10,758 bases of DNA. Source: an uncultured bacterium. Lineage in GTDB: Bacteria; SAR324; NAC60-12. The position numbers were made by a program, and so were the translations under genes. Positions 1-7,491 of the stretch are shown here, one piece after another. Location of the stretch: NCBI GenBank assembly GCA_964010765.1, contig CAXGMD010000095.1, positions 1 to 10,758 on the forward strand, in the 5' to 3' direction. The notes beneath the pieces are model-generated. The model searched no databases and was not told the origin of the DNA. It worked only from the letters and a program-made list of their open reading frames with translations. Each line of letters opens with the position of its first letter. Within the stretch, counting starts at the first letter, position 1.

Positions 1-389
1 AATGGGGGACGAGCTATCATGGTGCTGGTTGGTGCCCACGCCATATTGAGGGCACTGATCACTTTCTGTTTTACACGCTTGAGAAAATGACAGGTCAGAA
101 ATTCCTACACGGTCAGCCAGTTGGACTAGGAGTCATCGTGGGATCTATGCTTCATGAGGATGGGGCAGAAGAGATGCTGGATACCATCTCAAGTATTGGA
201 TTGGACATCAGGCCAGAGGCAATGGGGCTGACCTGGAATCAATTAGTGGAGGGACTCAAGCTTTTACGAAGCTATGTAAACGAAGTTGGCCTCTGGCATT
301 CCATTGCTCACGATGTGAACATCAGTGACGGATTTATCGCTGATTTAAGAAGTAGACTTAACCAGGCCTATCATTACAAGAATGCTTAG
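1..389 (+). CDS. 3' part (5'-truncated by window edge) of a glycerol-1-phosphate dehydrogenase / glycerol dehydrogenase-like metal-dependent polyol dehydrogenase (dehydroquinate-synthase-like superfamily)
   Basis: The frame of ORF 87..389 is open back to position 3: WGTSYHGAGWCPRHIEGTDHFLFYTLEKMTGQKFLHGQPVGLG. This parallels the G1PDH pattern 'RPASGSEH...LHGEQVG' with both metal-binding His positions kept. Stop TAG at 387-389. Confidence 0.65.
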   Translation, partial: WGTSYHGAGWCPRHIEGTDHFLFYTLEKMTGQKFLHGQPVGLGVIVGSMLHEDGAEEMLDTISSIGLDIRPEAMGLTWNQLVEGLKLLRSYVNEVGLWHSIAHDVNISDGFIADLRSRLNQAYHYKNA

Positions 390-416
390 TTGAAAAACCA
401 TTTTTTGAAACTTGAC

Positions 417-1388
417 TCAATAGTTTGTTTTTTCGTTTACCCAATCTAAAGATTTCTCCCATCTTTCCCAAGAAAGATCTGAGATTGGCTGCATTCCGAC
501 CACTGCTTTTTCCAAGTCTACTAGCTCTCCGTGACTATGCAGCGCAAGGTCACAACCCACCTCAAGGCAGCGTTGAATTCTCTCGGGCATCGTTCCGGAA
601 AGTGCCTTCATGAACAGACAATCTGTGACCAGCACTCCTTTAAAACCAATCCAATCACGAATGATGTCGCTGATGATTTTTTTAGAGAGTGTGGCCGGCC
701 ATTTGTCATCGAGTTCAGGGAATAGCAAGTGACTGGTCATGCCCCATGGAAGGTCAGCTAGCATCTGAAAAGGAAGAAAATCTGACTTTTTCAAAAAATC
801 CTCGGTCTCTCGAACAATCGGCAGTTCTTCGTGAGGATCTACAGCGGCTCGGCCATAGCCTGGCAGGTGCTTGACCGTTGGAATTACTCCGGCCTCACCT
901 AGCCCGTTAGCGCAGGCTCTAGCAAATGCTGCGACATCATTGGGATCGGAAGCAAAAGCTCGATCTCCAATTACGTCATGTGCATCGGGTATTAGTAGGT
1001 CGGCTACAGGAGCAGCATCCACCGTAATGCCCAAATCTTTGAGTCCTTTGCCAAGTTGCCAATAATTTTGGTGAATCCTTTGTTGGCTTTTCTCCTTGGT
1101 TCCCCCATCTTCCACGAGTGATCTTGCGGAGGGATAACGCTTCCAATTGGGCTGAGGCAATCTCTGAACCCGCCCCCCTTCTTCATCAATCAAGATGGCA
1201 AGATCTTCACGATCACAAACTTCGTGAAATTGTTGAACCAACCAGATGATTTGCTTTGGTTCCTTCAGATTTCTTGCAAATAGAATAAAGCCAAAGGGGG
1301 AGACCTTCTGAAAAAAATCAGCCCATTCTTTTTCAATCTCCAAGCCTGGGATTCCAAAAATAATGGGAAGTACGGGTTTTTTATCCAT
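417..1388 (-). CDS. nagZ: Beta-N-acetylhexosaminidase, single-domain GH3 (NagZ type)
   Basis: Motifs GFILFARN, IDEEGGRVQRL, APVADL, VIGDRAF, KHLPGYGRAAVDPH (variant of KH(F/I)PGHGxxxxDSH) and the nucleophile region GVLVTDCLFMKAL. Start taken at ATG 1388 (MDKKPVLPIIFG); the ORF-track extension to 1481 does not look NagZ-like. No signal peptide is visible. Confidence 0.9.
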   Translation of the reverse strand: MDKKPVLPIIFGIPGLEIEKEWADFFQKVSPFGFILFARNLKEPKQIIWLVQQFHEVCDREDLAILIDEEGGRVQRLPQPNWKRYPSARSLVEDGGTKEKSQQRIHQNYWQLGKGLKDLGITVDAAPVADLLIPDAHDVIGDRAFASDPNDVAAFARACANGLGEAGVIPTVKHLPGYGRAAVDPHEELPIVRETEDFLKKSDFLPFQMLADLPWGMTSHLLFPELDDKWPATLSKKIISDIIRDWIGFKGVLVTDCLFMKALSGTMPERIQRCLEVGCDLALHSHGELVDLEKAVVGMQPISDLSWERWEKSLDWVNEKTNY

Positions 1389-1540
1389 GAATGGGGAACT
1401 CAAATATGAATGTAGGGAGCTGGTTTGAGAATTTTTGAAAATATCAGAAAGACATTTTCTTTGATTTAGTGAAAGCCACAAATAGTTAAGAAAAGAAAAA
1501 CTAAAATAACCGTAGCAACTTCTGGCCCTTCAAAAAAAAG

Positions 1541-1569
1541 TTGTCTGATGAATCGAGCTGTTGTAATTT
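1541..1569 (+). promoter_or_regulatory. Candidate sigma70-type promoter for the ngcE operon
   Basis: TTGTCT (1541-1546), 17 nt spacer, TAATTT (1564-1569), preceded by an A-tract, in the divergent nagZ/ngcE intergenic region. Partial consensus match only. Confidence 0.3.
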
Positions 1570-1669
1570 CGCGCCTGCGATTGAGGTTCTCAAGGGCACA
1601 ATCAGGGTCTTTGAGCAAATACGATTTCAATGAGGGTTTTTTTCGCCTCATCTGTTCATTGGAGCTCGC

Positions 1670-3067
1670 ATGAAAAAATCGGGAATTTCACGAAGACGCT
1701 TTATTGAATACACGGGTGCAGCTGGTCTGGGTATTGGTCTCAGCTCGGTATTGCCTCAGATTTCGCTTGCCAAAACAGGCATTAAGGTAGCTTCAGGTGC
1801 CGCAAATCCATTGGGTTTGGCAGCAAATACTCAGGCTGAGGGTGTTTTCTTCAGTGGTGGATTCGGTCACGCTTATATCGAATACGCTGCAGAAATTTTT
1901 GCAGAAGTCCACCCAGGCAGCAGCATGTCGGTGGAAGGAATACAGAGAGTTGGTGAACGCTTACGGCCCAGAATCATCGCAGGGAATCCACCAGACGTAA
2001 TTGACAACAGTGGTGCTGGTAATCTGGACACGGGAGCCCTGGTTGGTGAAGGTGAAATCATGGATCTTGGGCCCCTGATGTCAGCACCAGCTCTTGATAC
2101 TCCAGGTAAAACATTTGGGGAGACCTTGTTTCCTGGTTCACAAACTTCTGGTCTTTTCGACGGCGTACAGCGCTACGTGAACATTGCTTTTACAGTCTTT
2201 GGAGTGTGGCATAGCAAGTCTCTCTTTGAAGAGAAGGGCTGGAATTACCCAACCACTTGGGACGGAATGCTCTCACTTTGTGACACCATCAAGTCATCGG
2301 GCATTGCACCTTGGACCTATCAAGGGAAATATCCTCAATACATGCTCTTTGGTCTCTTAGAGCCAATGGTCTCAAAAATTGGTGGGCCACAGATTTGGAA
2401 AGATGTTGATAACTTGGTTCCTGGCGCTTGGGAGCATCCTGCGATGCTACAAGCACTGAACATGATGAGGGCCTTGCATGACAACGGCTACATTATGGAA
2501 GGTACTCCTGGATTGACCCATACAGAATCTCAGGCTGAGTGGCTGCAGAAGAAGGCGGCCTTCATTCCATGTGGAACCTGGCTAGAAAATGAGATGCGCA
2601 GCATCACCCCGGTTGGATTCGACATGGTCATCAAGCCAGTACCATCTGACGATGCTTCCAAATTAAGCTGGATTGATGCGAGTTCCGGTGAGCCATTCAT
2701 GGTCTTTTCAAATGGGAAAAATCCAGTTGCAGGCATGGAGTTTTTACGCTGCTTGCTGAGCAAAGAATCTGCAAAGTGGTTTGCCCAAAATGTTGGTTCG
2801 ATTATGCCAGTGGTTGGTGGAGCAGAGGGAGTGGATTTGAGTTCTGCGATGACTTCTGCACTCACCGCAGTGGAGAATGCAGGGCCAAATATCCTAGACA
2901 GACCATCTTTCCCAGGCTGGTATTCTGACATCTACAGCGAAGTCAAGGATAGCATGGGTGCATTGCTGACAGGTCGTGCCAGCGCAGAGGAATTCATCGA
3001 GAGAGTTCAAGAGGCTTCCGACGAAGTTCGTGAAGATCCTGATATCGTCAAATTTAAACGAGCCTAA
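1670..3067 (+). CDS. ngcE: N-acetylglucosamine/diacetylchitobiose ABC transporter substrate-binding protein (NgcE family, CUT1), Tat-exported
   Basis: Twin-arginine motif SRRRFI and an h-region ending SLA|KT. NgcE-like segments ANPLG, FSGGFG, PRIIAGNPPDVIDNSGA, WTYQGKYPQY, GLTHTESQ, AAFIPCGTWLENEM and GEPFMV. SD GGAG at 1661-1664. Followed by two CUT1 permeases. Confidence 0.88.
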   Translation: MKKSGISRRRFIEYTGAAGLGIGLSSVLPQISLAKTGIKVASGAANPLGLAANTQAEGVFFSGGFGHAYIEYAAEIFAEVHPGSSMSVEGIQRVGERLRPRIIAGNPPDVIDNSGAGNLDTGALVGEGEIMDLGPLMSAPALDTPGKTFGETLFPGSQTSGLFDGVQRYVNIAFTVFGVWHSKSLFEEKGWNYPTTWDGMLSLCDTIKSSGIAPWTYQGKYPQYMLFGLLEPMVSKIGGPQIWKDVDNLVPGAWEHPAMLQALNMMRALHDNGYIMEGTPGLTHTESQAEWLQKKAAFIPCGTWLENEMRSITPVGFDMVIKPVPSDDASKLSWIDASSGEPFMVFSNGKNPVAGMEFLRCLLSKESAKWFAQNVGSIMPVVGGAEGVDLSSAMTSALTAVENAGPNILDRPSFPGWYSDIYSEVKDSMGALLTGRASAEEFIERVQEASDEVREDPDIVKFKRA

Positions 3068-3091
3068 TTGTAAAGGCTTCCTTCCTTCCAG

Positions 3092-3148
3092 GGGTAGATT
3101 TAAAACCTTTTTGAATCTACCCACGGGGCTTTTTAAGTTGTAAGCCCC
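3092..3148 (+). terminator. Tandem stem-loops between the binding-protein and permease genes (mRNA stabiliser or partial terminator)
   Basis: GGGTAGATTTAAAA-cct-TTTTGAATCTACCC (3092-3122; 14 bp stem with one G-U), then GGGGCTT-N10-AAGCCCC (3125-3148). No U-tract follows the second stem. Confidence 0.55.
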
Positions 3149-3177
3149 CTGCTCCCTCAGTTCCATCAAACTTTGGT

Positions 3178-4053
3178 ATGCGCCGCCACAAGTATAGGAT
3201 TATCATTCCATTCCTGGCTCCTGCCCTCATTCTATACAGCCTTTTCGTCATTTACCCCTACGCGCAGGCAATGTATGTGGCCTTCACAAAATGGAAAGGC
3301 CTCCGAAAGTCTCCGAGATTTGTGGGTCTCGACAACTTTGAAAAAATGCTTGGTGATGATCAATTCTGGAATGCACTCTCCAACAATCTGATTTATCTTG
3401 TTTTTTTGCCAATTATAACTCTTGGTTTTGCTTTGTTCATGGCCTTTATGATTTCTCAAAAGGTCCGGTTCAGTAATTTTTATCGGGTTACTTTCTTCTT
3501 TCCACAAGTGATGTCTGTGGTAGCGATCGGGATTCTTTGGAGTTTCGTTTATCATCCAACCATCGGCATTTTTAGTTCATTGCTCAAAGCAGTTGGCATT
3601 GAGAGGCCACCGATTTGGCTGGGGGATCCAGATACAGCCCTCTGGTCGATTGTGGCTGTAACGGTTTGGCAGTCGGCAGGATTCTTTATGGTGATTTTCA
3701 TGGCTGGCATGCTCTCTATCCCAAAATCACTTTATGAAGCGGCAGCGCTCGATGGGGCTGGTAGAGGATCAACCTTTTTTCGAATCACATTTCCCTTACT
3801 TTGGGAAAACACTCGATCTTCGCTCGTTTTCATCACTGTCATCGCGATGGACATGTTTGGCATTACCTTCACGATGACTCAGGGAGGACCTGATCGGTCG
3901 ACTGATGTGCTGGCTACGCTCTTATACGAACACGCGTTCTTACATAGTCGTTTTGGATATGCCACTAGTATTGCGATGGTTTACTTTGTCATTGTAATCG
4001 TTCTGACATTACTGATTTTCCGTGTGACGCGTCGAGAGACGATTGAATTCTAG
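3178..4053 (+). CDS. ngcF: Carbohydrate ABC transporter permease 1 (CUT1, NgcF/MalF-like)
   Basis: About six hydrophobic segments. Motifs FVGLDNF, FFFPQVMSVVAIGILWSFVY and WLGDP, plus the EAA loop IPKSLYEAAALDGA...FFRITFPLL. Symbol assigned from synteny with ngcE. Confidence 0.9.
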   Translation: MRRHKYRIIIPFLAPALILYSLFVIYPYAQAMYVAFTKWKGLRKSPRFVGLDNFEKMLGDDQFWNALSNNLIYLVFLPIITLGFALFMAFMISQKVRFSNFYRVTFFFPQVMSVVAIGILWSFVYHPTIGIFSSLLKAVGIERPPIWLGDPDTALWSIVAVTVWQSAGFFMVIFMAGMLSIPKSLYEAAALDGAGRGSTFFRITFPLLWENTRSSLVFITVIAMDMFGITFTMTQGGPDRSTDVLATLLYEHAFLHSRFGYATSIAMVYFVIVIVLTLLIFRVTRRETIEF

Positions 4054-4065
4054 GTAGGAGTTCGC

Positions 4066-4902
4066 ATGTACCAAGTGAGCCGCTGGTCTGCGGTATCCAC
4101 ACAAACGGTTCTGATTGGTTGGGCAGTAACCGTGATCTTTCCAATGATCTGGATGATCTATAGTTCGTTTAAGACCGATCAGGAATTGTTCTTCAGCCCA
4201 TGGGCCCCACCCGTGGAACTGCAGTGGGATAACTTCGCGAGAGCCTGGACAAAAGCTCATGTGGGAGATTATCTATTGAATACTCTGATTGTGGTTGTGC
4301 CTGCTCTGCTGTTGACATTAATTATCTCTGCGATGGCAGCTTATGTTTTGGCACGATTTGAATTTGTTGGGAGGCGTTTCCTCTTCTACATGTTTCTTTC
4401 TGGAATGCTATTCCCTGTATTTCTAGCCCTAGTGCCGCTCTTTAACTTGGTAAATCAATTAAAGATGCTCAACACCTTCCATGGATTGATTCTAGTCTAC
4501 ATCGCCTATTCTCTTCCCTTCACCATTTTCTTTCTGACAGGCTTCTTCAAAACTCTCCCAACTGAAATAGAAGAATCAGCGATTATGGATGGTGCTAATC
4601 CCTATCAGGTGTTCTTCAAGGTGATGCTACCAATGGCGTCACCTGGATTGATCAGCATGGGCATTTTCAACTTTTTGGGGATGTGGAACCAGTATGTTTT
4701 GCCCCTGGTATTGATCAGTGATGAGAGTAAGTACATGCTCTCTCAAGGTCTGGCATTCATGCTGTTCAAGCAATTCTATGAGAATGACTGGAGCGCTCTG
4801 TTTGCAGCGTTAACAATCATTATGGTGCCTACATTAATTGTATATATAACGTTTCAAAAGCAGATTCAGGATGGCATCACGACAGGTGCTTTAAAGGGTT
4901 GA
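4066..4902 (+). CDS. ngcG: Carbohydrate ABC transporter permease 2 (CUT1, NgcG/MalG-like)
   Basis: Motifs FPMIWMIYSSFKT and AAYVLARFEF, EAA loop LPTEIEESAIMDGA...FFKVMLPM, WNQY and the typical C-terminus GITTGALKG. SD AGGAG at 4056-4060. Symbol assigned from synteny. Confidence 0.9.
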   Translation: MYQVSRWSAVSTQTVLIGWAVTVIFPMIWMIYSSFKTDQELFFSPWAPPVELQWDNFARAWTKAHVGDYLLNTLIVVVPALLLTLIISAMAAYVLARFEFVGRRFLFYMFLSGMLFPVFLALVPLFNLVNQLKMLNTFHGLILVYIAYSLPFTIFFLTGFFKTLPTEIEESAIMDGANPYQVFFKVMLPMASPGLISMGIFNFLGMWNQYVLPLVLISDESKYMLSQGLAFMLFKQFYENDWSALFAALTIIMVPTLIVYITFQKQIQDGITTGALKG

Positions 4903-4935
4903 AGTTATTAACTTTACTTGCTTTATGGAAATCGA

Positions 4936-5643
4936 ATGAAAGTTCTTCTTGCGGGGGGCAGTGGAAGGGTAGCAACCCTAGTGATCCCCTTTCTCAAAAA
5001 GCAGCATGAGCTACGAGTCTATGATCGAAATCCCCCAGTGGATCAGTCATTGGAATTTCTTCAAGGAGAATTAACAGATCCTGTTGGTCTAGAAAAAGCC
5101 GTTGAGGGGATGGATGCTTTGATTTATCTGGCAATGGGTAGCGAAGACTGGGACACCTGGCAAGGGGTTGACTCTGCGTACGACGTGAATGTCAAGGGTC
5201 TACATTTCTTGATGAGAAGCGCTCAGGCAGCAGGGATTCAACAAGCTGTATATTGCAGCAGTATGTCGGTCTATGCGGATCTCCGGAAGCGCTACTTTCA
5301 AGATGAGGAAATCCCACCAGATGAAACAGCGCTTTATGGTTTCACGAAGTGGCTTGGAGAGGAAATTTGCCGCAATGCCTGGCGAAGATGGGGAATGCAT
5401 ACTAATGCTCTGCGTCTCTGTCATCCTACCTTGAAAGAAAAGTGGCTGAGCGAGACCCAACAAGGAGTTACTACAATAGCGACAACTGATGAAGATGTTG
5501 CCTCTGCAATGCTGGCAGCACTTGAACTGAAGGCAGGTTTTCAGGCTTTCATGATCAGTGGAGACTATGCGCAAAAAATTATGTGCATGACCAAGGCTGA
5601 ACGAATGTTGGGTTGGACGCCAAAGGCTAGACCAGCCACATAA
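4936..5643 (+). CDS. NAD(P)-dependent oxidoreductase, extended SDR (epimerase/dehydratase family; uronate/aldose 1-dehydrogenase-like)
   Basis: Rossmann start KVLLAGGSGRVA, acidic residue at the end of beta2 (VYDR), YCSSMSVY, catalytic YxxxK (LYGFTK), and ALRL. Start taken at ATG 4936 rather than TTG 4918. Confidence 0.82.
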   Translation: MKVLLAGGSGRVATLVIPFLKKQHELRVYDRNPPVDQSLEFLQGELTDPVGLEKAVEGMDALIYLAMGSEDWDTWQGVDSAYDVNVKGLHFLMRSAQAAGIQQAVYCSSMSVYADLRKRYFQDEEIPPDETALYGFTKWLGEEICRNAWRRWGMHTNALRLCHPTLKEKWLSETQQGVTTIATTDEDVASAMLAALELKAGFQAFMISGDYAQKIMCMTKAERMLGWTPKARPAT

Positions 5644-5732
5644 AGCTTATTTGGTAATTGATATTTCATTAGATCTGCTTCATCAAAATCCTGAGTCTGC
5701 TGAACAAACCTAACAATCTAGGAGGAATGAAA

Positions 5733-6254
5733 ATGGCTTTTATGGTAAAGAAACGTGGAAAGTTAACCTACTACTATGAGGGTGAAGATCCTGTCTTGTC
5801 AGCAATGGTGGTAGAAGAACAACCTGATGGAGACCTAAGAATTCACTTCTCAGGGCTTACCGGAGGGCACTCTGCAACAAAGGTTCTTCAGTTGGATTCA
5901 GTCACAAGCATGGAACCTGCGATTGAAGTTCCACTGGTCTTTCGTTGCTGGGAATATTGGTTACAGGAGGCTGGAATCTGTCAGTCGATCGCAGAAATAG
6001 ACTTCATCGAAATTCACGCATTTGGAGCTCAACCAAAATCTCCCAGCCCCCTCTCTGATCCAGCAGGTTATCGCAAAGAGCAGGAACGAGTACGTGCAGA
6101 ATATGCAAAGGCTTACCGTAATTTCTTCAAGGAGAAATGTCCTCAAAATGGAGTTCCAGCTCGTTTTACTGTCCATGTTGTCGACTTTCCGGATGAAGCC
6201 GCCTCCTATGAGTTCTATGGTGTAGGTCTGTTGCAGCAAGATCATGGTGAATGA
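5733..6254 (+). CDS. Hypothetical protein, probable divergent RidA/YjgF/YER057c/UK114-fold protein
   Basis: Strong SD AGGAGGA (5720-5726) fits ATG 5733. IHFSGLTG resembles Rid 'vf.SGq.g'. AYRNFF...PARFTVHVVDFP...YEFYGVG resembles Rid 'vY.efF...PARt.v.V..LP...vEie.iA'. CDS status is confident; the fold call is less so. Confidence 0.6.
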   Translation: MAFMVKKRGKLTYYYEGEDPVLSAMVVEEQPDGDLRIHFSGLTGGHSATKVLQLDSVTSMEPAIEVPLVFRCWEYWLQEAGICQSIAEIDFIEIHAFGAQPKSPSPLSDPAGYRKEQERVRAEYAKAYRNFFKEKCPQNGVPARFTVHVVDFPDEAASYEFYGVGLLQQDHGE

Positions 6255-6327
6255 GATTCAGAGACACAGAGCGCTGACGTAATGAAGATTCATCATTGCT
6301 AAACCATATGTTTCCCGAAAGGAATCC

Positions 6328-7434
6328 ATGAGTTCGAATTACAAATCGCTTGGGATTCGGCCTGTTATCAATGCGAATGCTACCCTCACGAAACTTGGTG
6401 GTTCACTGATGCCTGCAGAGGTTCGTCAGGCGATGCAGGATGCTGCACAATCCTTCGTTGACATGCATGATCTTCAGCAGAAAGTGGGGGTCCGCTTGGC
6501 AGAAATCACACGGAATGAAGCTGCCTTCGTAAGTTGTGGCGCTGCGACAGGGTTGCTGCTGGCAACGGCTGCATGCATCCAAAAAGTTTCCGGAGCAACC
6601 TATGAGAGCTTCCCCAATCCCCCTGGAACACAGAATGAGGTCATTGTTCAAAGGATGCACCGAAATCCATACGACTATGCTGTGAGGCAAGCAGGTGCCT
6701 ATTTGGTGGAAATTGGGACGATGGATGGAACTTCCCTAGAGGACTTGGAAAACGCTTACAGCGCTTCAACTGTTGCTATTTTCTGGTTTCAGGGTGCGAT
6801 GAATCAGCCGAATGAACTCTCTTTGGAAGATGTCATTCAATCCGCCAAAAAGCGGAGTGTACCTGTCATTGTGGATGGAGCTGCCCAGCTGCCACCTGCT
6901 AATAATCTTTGGAACTTCACACATTTAGGGGCTGATCTGGCAATTTTCAGCGGAGGCAAGGACTTGTCAGGCCCACAAGCATCGGGACTAGTAGTTGGAA
7001 AGTCGGAATGGATTGAGCGGATCAGGATATTGGGTGCTCCCAACCATGGAGTGGGAAGACCGATGAAGGTAGGCAAGGAGGAAATGATGGGCCTCTTGGC
7101 AGCAGTAGAACGCTACGTGAGCCTTGATCACAAACAGTTGCTGGAAGTTTACGAGCGTCGTGTTCAGATCTGGATCCAAGGCTTGAACGGAAAAGGTGGA
7201 CTCTCAGCCAAAAGAGATTATCCCAATGAAGCCGGACAACCTGTCCCCAGAGCCCTTGTTCAGATTCCCGACAATTGGTCAAAGGATCAACTTGTAGACA
7301 AATTGATGGCAGGCGAACCTGCAGTATCTGTTGCGCCCTCTGAGAGACTAAACGCCATTTTTCTCAATCCAATGACGGTGAGTGATGAAGAGACGCAGAT
7401 TGTGTTGGAGCAGATTCTCAAGGTAATCAACTAA
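6328..7434 (+). CDS. SelA-related PLP-dependent enzyme, DgaE-like (D-glucosaminate(-6-phosphate) ammonia-lyase family)
   Basis: GIRPVINANATLTKLGGS, VSCGAATGL, NEVIVQRMH, PVIVDGAA, PLP-Lys motif FSGGK (K211, codon 6958-6960) followed by GPQASGLVVG, and GRPMKVGKEEMMGLLAAVE. At 368 aa it lacks the N-terminal domain of true bacterial SelA. Confidence 0.82.
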   Translation: MSSNYKSLGIRPVINANATLTKLGGSLMPAEVRQAMQDAAQSFVDMHDLQQKVGVRLAEITRNEAAFVSCGAATGLLLATAACIQKVSGATYESFPNPPGTQNEVIVQRMHRNPYDYAVRQAGAYLVEIGTMDGTSLEDLENAYSASTVAIFWFQGAMNQPNELSLEDVIQSAKKRSVPVIVDGAAQLPPANNLWNFTHLGADLAIFSGGKDLSGPQASGLVVGKSEWIERIRILGAPNHGVGRPMKVGKEEMMGLLAAVERYVSLDHKQLLEVYERRVQIWIQGLNGKGGLSAKRDYPNEAGQPVPRALVQIPDNWSKDQLVDKLMAGEPAVSVAPSERLNAIFLNPMTVSDEETQIVLEQILKVIN

Positions 7435-7491
7435 TTTGTTATCTTTTGCCATCAATCTGAATCAACGATGTTTTTGAAATAAAGGAGTTTT

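Noticed and set aside
388..416. Bidirectional terminator between the dehydrogenase gene and nagZ
   Set aside because: Only a weak A/T-rich stem (AAAAA-cca-TTTTT) with no GC core.
1389..1481. N-terminal extension of NagZ given by the ORF track
   Set aside because: Ser-rich, non-homologous sequence in the AT-rich divergent promoter region; family similarity begins after Met at 1388.
6328..7434. True selenocysteine synthase SelA
   Set aside because: About 90 aa too short, lacks the N-terminal tRNA-binding domain, has no selB/selC/selD nearby, and sits in a sugar-catabolic context with DgaE-like motifs.
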